Shown piece after piece: positions 52,281 to 64,000 of a stretch of 64,000 nt of DNA. The DNA comes from Amoebidium appalachense (Eukaryota > Protista > Ichthyosporea): the NCBI GenBank assembly GCA_963693365.1, contig CAVNZM010000001.1, forward strand, positions 5,596,907 to 5,660,906, in the 5' to 3' direction. Made by a program: the position numbers and the translations under genes. Under the pieces are notes generated by a model, which saw only the letters and a list, made by a program, of their open reading frames with translations, was not told the DNA's origin and made no database searches. Numbering within the stretch: the stretch's first letter is position 1; every line of letters starts with the position of its first letter.

Positions 52281-53679
52281 GTTAGGTATGAGAATAGATG
52301 AGGTGGCCACAGGAAGAAGTATACTTGGAGAATACTCACTATTTTAGGTCTTATCTCACAACCAGGTACTGTCTATTCACCACATCACCTAACCATACAA
52401 TGGGCACACATTTTGAGTCGAGTTTGTCGGTGTATGCATTTCTTCCCGACTGCATGCGCCGGTGATATTTGATGAAAGGGAGGCACTGCGATTGGACGAG
52501 GCGGTTTAACCTCCGGACCCCCAAAACTCAGCATATAAATTTCTGTCTTGACTGTGATATCAATAGTGATTAAATTACGGCGGCCGCGGGCGGCGGAAAT
52601 GACAGCCAGTCACGGCCAGGCCTCAAGGCTCTCTTTCACATACATGATACATCTAGGAAGCTAAGACAAGAATAATATCGTAATATCAATAAATATAATT
52701 GCAGCTCGTTATATAAAGCTAAAATATTAATAATATTATCCACAGTCGCTCAAAATCCAAACTTTGCATGTAATATTAGTCGGCATGTGTTATGTTCCTT
52801 AGGCAACACCGTCCTGATCATTATCGCTTTTTGGGAGCTTTGGCAGGATACATTTCTCCTGCTGTACGTATGGATACCACCCTAGTAGATAAGTCTGTAT
52901 GGTGCTCTGATGTTGATATTGCCTGGGAAGTTGTGCAGTGGCGCTGTAATTCTTGTTTTCATCGCCGCTGGTGCCACTTTTGTGCTGAACTTTTTAATCG
53001 CAAGCATGTTGATAGGTGTGAGTTTTTATGTCGCGTTTTACCTTTTTCCCTACGGGTGTCTGCTACACTAGCTGGCAATGTGAACACTTTAGACTTTTTG
53101 TTGAATTCTGTTGGTCGTCACATTGAGTATTTATATGATTTTCACACAGTGTTCAGGTATCTCAATATGCACTTGTTACTGGATAACTCGTGAAGTTTTT
53201 ATTGTCTTCTCAGTATGTCGTGCATACTTGCATATCTTTCCGTCGAATAAATCCAGTCAAAAGAAGAAAAAAATATTAGTTCCTGGAAGTTATCTGAACC
53301 CAGGAGATAGGGGGATTCAAAACCAAGTTGACGCACCAATCAGAGGTGAGTTTGATAACTTATCAAGATTCCAAAGATCGCGGTCACATTCCACGATAAT
53401 TTTATCGTTCGCAACTTCGCGCGCGGGCCTAGAAGGCGAAGGCTTCACGCTTGGCGCAGGCTACTACGTCAATTTCAGTTTCGGACCATTTCCCGAATCT
53501 GGCATATCCTGCAGAGTTTTCGCTCGAACTTCGCAAGCTTAGAAACAAGCCAAAGCTTGGTGAGGCACACTGACCGAAAAATGAAAAGCCCATGCAATAA
53601 AACATACATACATATTGTATACATACTGTCATACATATTTAGTTACAGATTCTATACTGGCCGCGGAGGGTGCCAGCTC

Positions 53680-53997
53680 CTAGAGCTCCTCCTCATCGAC
53701 CTCATAGCCTAGATCTGCCTCGATAGCAGCCAGGTTGAGCATCCTGGCCCAGTTGGCCAAGGCCGTCAGAGCAGGATCCCGTAGGCCTTGCTGTTGGGCT
53801 GCAATATCAGCGAAAAACACAAGTGGGTCAAAGCTTTTCATGCTGGTTGGCGAGGTTTGATTCCCACTGTTTTTGTCTTGGGTGGCATCCTTTTCATTTC
53901 CTTTTCTAATGAGCGCACTTTTCGAATGAGCCCTTATTGTAGCTGTTGCCCTTTTTCGGGCTGCCTTTGCTTCTTGTCTTCTGTCCCTAGCGTTATC
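53680..53997 (-). pseudogene. Possible hAT transposase C-terminal remnant
   Basis: Open frame ending SFDPLVFFADI..DPALTALANWARML..EVDEEEL*, reminiscent of the start of the hAT dimerisation motif (DPL.WW...P.L..LAR). No TIR pair found. Confidence 0.35.
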
Positions 53998-55873
53998 TTA
54001 CTGATTAAGTGACGTGTTGATATCACGGTGCATAGTATGAGTGATCATGTGAAAGCATCTGTCGATGTCAGACGTAGTGCACTCAAGAGGTAGTGTGTGC
54101 ACGGCAGGGTATGTTGTGACTCAGGAACGTTAGTAGACGGATGCAGAGGGTGTTGCTACAAACCTGTGGTTTTGAGACCTAATAAACGGCTGAATGAGCT
54201 TCTTGTTTTCGTTGTCCAGCAGCGCGTGTGTTGTCGTACGGCATAGCACCACGATCTCATAGAGTAGTGAGTCAGAACTTCAAGGCACTTTGAGATCCCC
54301 CCGTGACTTTTCCATCTCCTCCCTCCCCTTCGAACTCTGCACAGTGAGAGGCAACCACAACCCCGGCCTCCCCCCCCCCCCCCCCCCCCCCCCCCACACC
54401 AAATACACACACCCACTCGTTACCTCTCTCGCCCCTTTATTCTCTTTTGTCTAACTTACTCTCACAGGTCTCTCAGCTCACATAAACACAAACTCTCGCC
54501 CTCCCTCCTTCCCTCCTCCCTCTCCTTTGAGCTTCCTCGTCCGTCCCTCACTCTCTCTCTCTCCCCCTCCACTATGATACATCCCTCCTTCTATTCCTCT
54601 CTTCAAGCTCCATTTCCCCCCCAGGCCCTGTGTCTGTTGAGACGCAAATGCAAAGATCTATAATTCTATGGTTGTCCTCCCCCCCCCCCCCCCCCCCCCC
54701 CCCCGCCGCCTCTCTCCATCCATCCCTCGGCCTGTACACCCTCGCTCGATCCTGTCCTTCCTTCTCCCTCTCTCTCTCTTTCTCTCTGTGCGTCTCTCTC
54801 TATCTCTCTCTCCCCCGCCTCTCTCTGTCCCCTCCTCCTACCCACCTTCCACCCCACCCCCTCCCTCCCTCTCGAGGCCTCGTCCCTCTCTCTCCCTCTC
54901 TCTCTCTCTCTCTCTCCCCCCCCCCCTCCCTCTCTCCCTTCTCCCTGTTGACGCAAGAAACTGTACCCCACACAAAGCAGTTCATACTACCCCCCCCCCC
55001 CCCCCCCTCCCTCCCTCTCCACTCTCCCTCCCTCCCCCTCCCTTTCCTTCTCTCTCTCTCTCCCTCTCCCGCTGAGTTTCTTACTCTCGCTCCCCCCCCC
55101 CCCCCCCCCCCACCCATCCACCCCACCCCACCCCACCCCACCCCCCCTTTCTGTTAGCTATAGGCACAGACGGCCAGTGTATGCACTTCCTTGCTTAAGT
55201 GTTGCACTGGGCCACACTCTAGAGGAGGGGCATGGCCTCCGCCCCTGTTTCGCAGACGGGAACCCGGCATGCGGCTGCCGTTATCTTACAAAACGTGGTC
55301 CAGCGTTCACACTGTTGGGCAAATTAACCTTCTCACAGTGCTTTCAAGCGTTTTGCCTTTCTGACAGTATGGTGATAATGTAAGTTGTTCTTCACACAGA
55401 GATGGGTCCAAATCGCTATGTAAGAAGCTCGCTAACACGTTCAAAGTAAAGCTGGCTCTCTAGAGGCTCGTATTCAGCTTTCGCGGCTAGGTCTGCATTG
55501 TATAATACTATTGTGTTCGTATACATTTTTTTGTTTTACTTTTTGTGTATATCGCGTACTTTTGGGTAACATTTTGTACAGGCACTCGTGACACATCGAT
55601 ACGTGTGTACAGTGCCCCGCACCATCTGACCATCCGGATCTGAAAAGTGGCTCACGAGTGACGTTCTGCGCCAAGGCCGTGTGTTCAGAGGGCCGTGGGG
55701 GGGGGGGGGGGGGGGGGGGGGGGGGATGAGGAGGAGGATTGCTTTAACTGATAGTAATCAGTCGGGTTTGCTACATTATCAAACACCCCTAGGCCACTGA
55801 ACGAATAGTTTACACATTCCCAATTTATTGCCTTGTTATTTCCGAGACACAGCCGTGGACACCGGCCTGCCGC

Positions 55874-62942
<7,069 letters not shown>

Positions 62943-63725
62943 TTTGACGGTGTTGGCGATAGCCCTTGCTCACACGGGTATCTAGGTGGTTGGGGAAAAA
63001 ATAGGACGGGAGAGAGAACTTGCTAGCCAGAACTTGCTATACCTACTACTTCCTAAAATACCCTATAAAAGCCTGCGTGTTTATTGAAACAGTTGCTACA
63101 GCTAGAATGAAAAGTAAATCTTGAGTTTACTGTACGTCTTTATGATTCTCTCTCTCTCTCTCCCGCAGAAAAACAGAAGCTCTGACTAGACTTTTCGTGC
63201 TGACGTTGACAAATACAACCATGGGTAACTTAATAAGACGGAAAAGGTGAACCTAAAATAGCATCGAAGCATCGCAAACTTCCCCAAAAGGTTAATTTTA
63301 TAGGTTTGTCATAAATCTTGGTGAACTTTTGACGTTCCTTAGCCTGTAGTCTAAAACGGAAGGCTTTGCTTTGTTTATTTGGGAATTCGAGGCGGCTTTA
63401 GTACGTGAGAGTGACATTATGACTGTAGAGCAGACTATCGATACTTTGGCCACCTGAATCCCAGCGAAGGCTTTACAGTTGAACTTGGAAAAGAAAAGGG
63501 GTAGGGCTAAGGCCTAGCCATGCTTGGCAGTTTGAGCCCTGTACATGTTTAGCTGTTTCTCACAGCGCACTGAACCATTCCAGACGTTAGTTTAGTCGCC
63601 CTATGCTAGGATCTACCTGAGTTCAAAAACACGTTTACCCCTTAATTAAAGGTCAAATTCGCGCAAGGGAGAGGGAGAGTGCATGTTGGCTTGTTGGGGC
63701 TTTTGCCCAGCTGAGGAGTAGGAAA
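62943..63725. promoter_or_regulatory. Short divergent intergenic region (probable bidirectional promoter plus UTRs)
   Basis: 783 bp between the PSMB3 ATG (minus) and the ATG at 63726 (plus). Confidence 0.5.
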
Positions 63726-64000
63726 ATGGCAGACGTAGCTGGTCACGAGGCACCCATGGAGGTGGACATGGAGATAGATCCTCCTGAGGAGGAAACAGTG
63801 GCTCCCATCAGCCAGCCAGAGCCCGCTAGTGTTCCAGCACAGGAGCCAGAAAGAAAGAGCGAGAGGAGACCTGAAAGTGAGCGGAAGGCGAGACCTTCCA
63901 GTCAGTCAAAGCCCCAAGCACGCCCAGGTAAGGTTTAACGTTGTCTCTACTTGGCATTCTCTTTTCTGCAGCTCATGGTGCAGGGGCGGTGATTTGTGCT
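63726..64000 (+). CDS. 5' end of an unknown protein gene (acidic, Pro-rich N-terminus; exon 1, 44-nt intron, start of exon 2)
   Basis: AAAATGG start, donor CAG|GTAAGG at 63928, pyrimidine tract and TGCAG acceptor at 63971. The frame stays open (AHGAGAVICA) to the window end. Confidence 0.7.

Noticed and set aside
52504-52525. TTAA-CCTCCGGACCCC, a piggyBac-like terminus
   Set aside because: No partner end or TSD was found.

Overview
Eukaryotic genomic DNA. It is probably from an opisthokont, possibly a unicellular holozoan (inferred from an animal-like PSMB3 next to a full-size ABCG). The left 27.3 kb is a very young nest of transposons. A minus-strand chromodomain Ty3/gypsy element ('A', 3646-27299, TSD TCCCC, 7,733 bp once inserts are removed) contains two copies of a second chromovirus ('B1' 7232-15579, TSD GTATG; 'B2' 20241-26682, TSD GCTCA, internally deleted) and a copia-type TRIM ('C' 5857-6972, TSD TTTTG). 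To its left are a Harbinger-like element carrying a small ORF, exon 1 of a subtilase, and the 5' end of a fourth LTR family ('D'). The right part holds a ~20-kb intron-rich full-size ABCG/PDR-type gene whose two ATPase sites both look degenerate, a complete 6-exon PSMB3, the start of a divergent gene, and Harbinger and piggyBac MITEs. Introns are full of poly-C/G and (CA)/(GT) tracts anchored at splice sites. The best leads are: (1) the primer-binding sites of A and B match the extreme 5' end of a tRNA-Ala, suggesting priming by a short 5' tRNA fragment; (2) a signal-peptide plus TM ORF overlapping the start of A gag; (3) unusual gag-pol recoding in both families; (4) a kink-turn-containing structured RNA in the B LTR. 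All calls were made by eye with no database searches. Many frameshifts fall in homopolymers and may be assembly errors.
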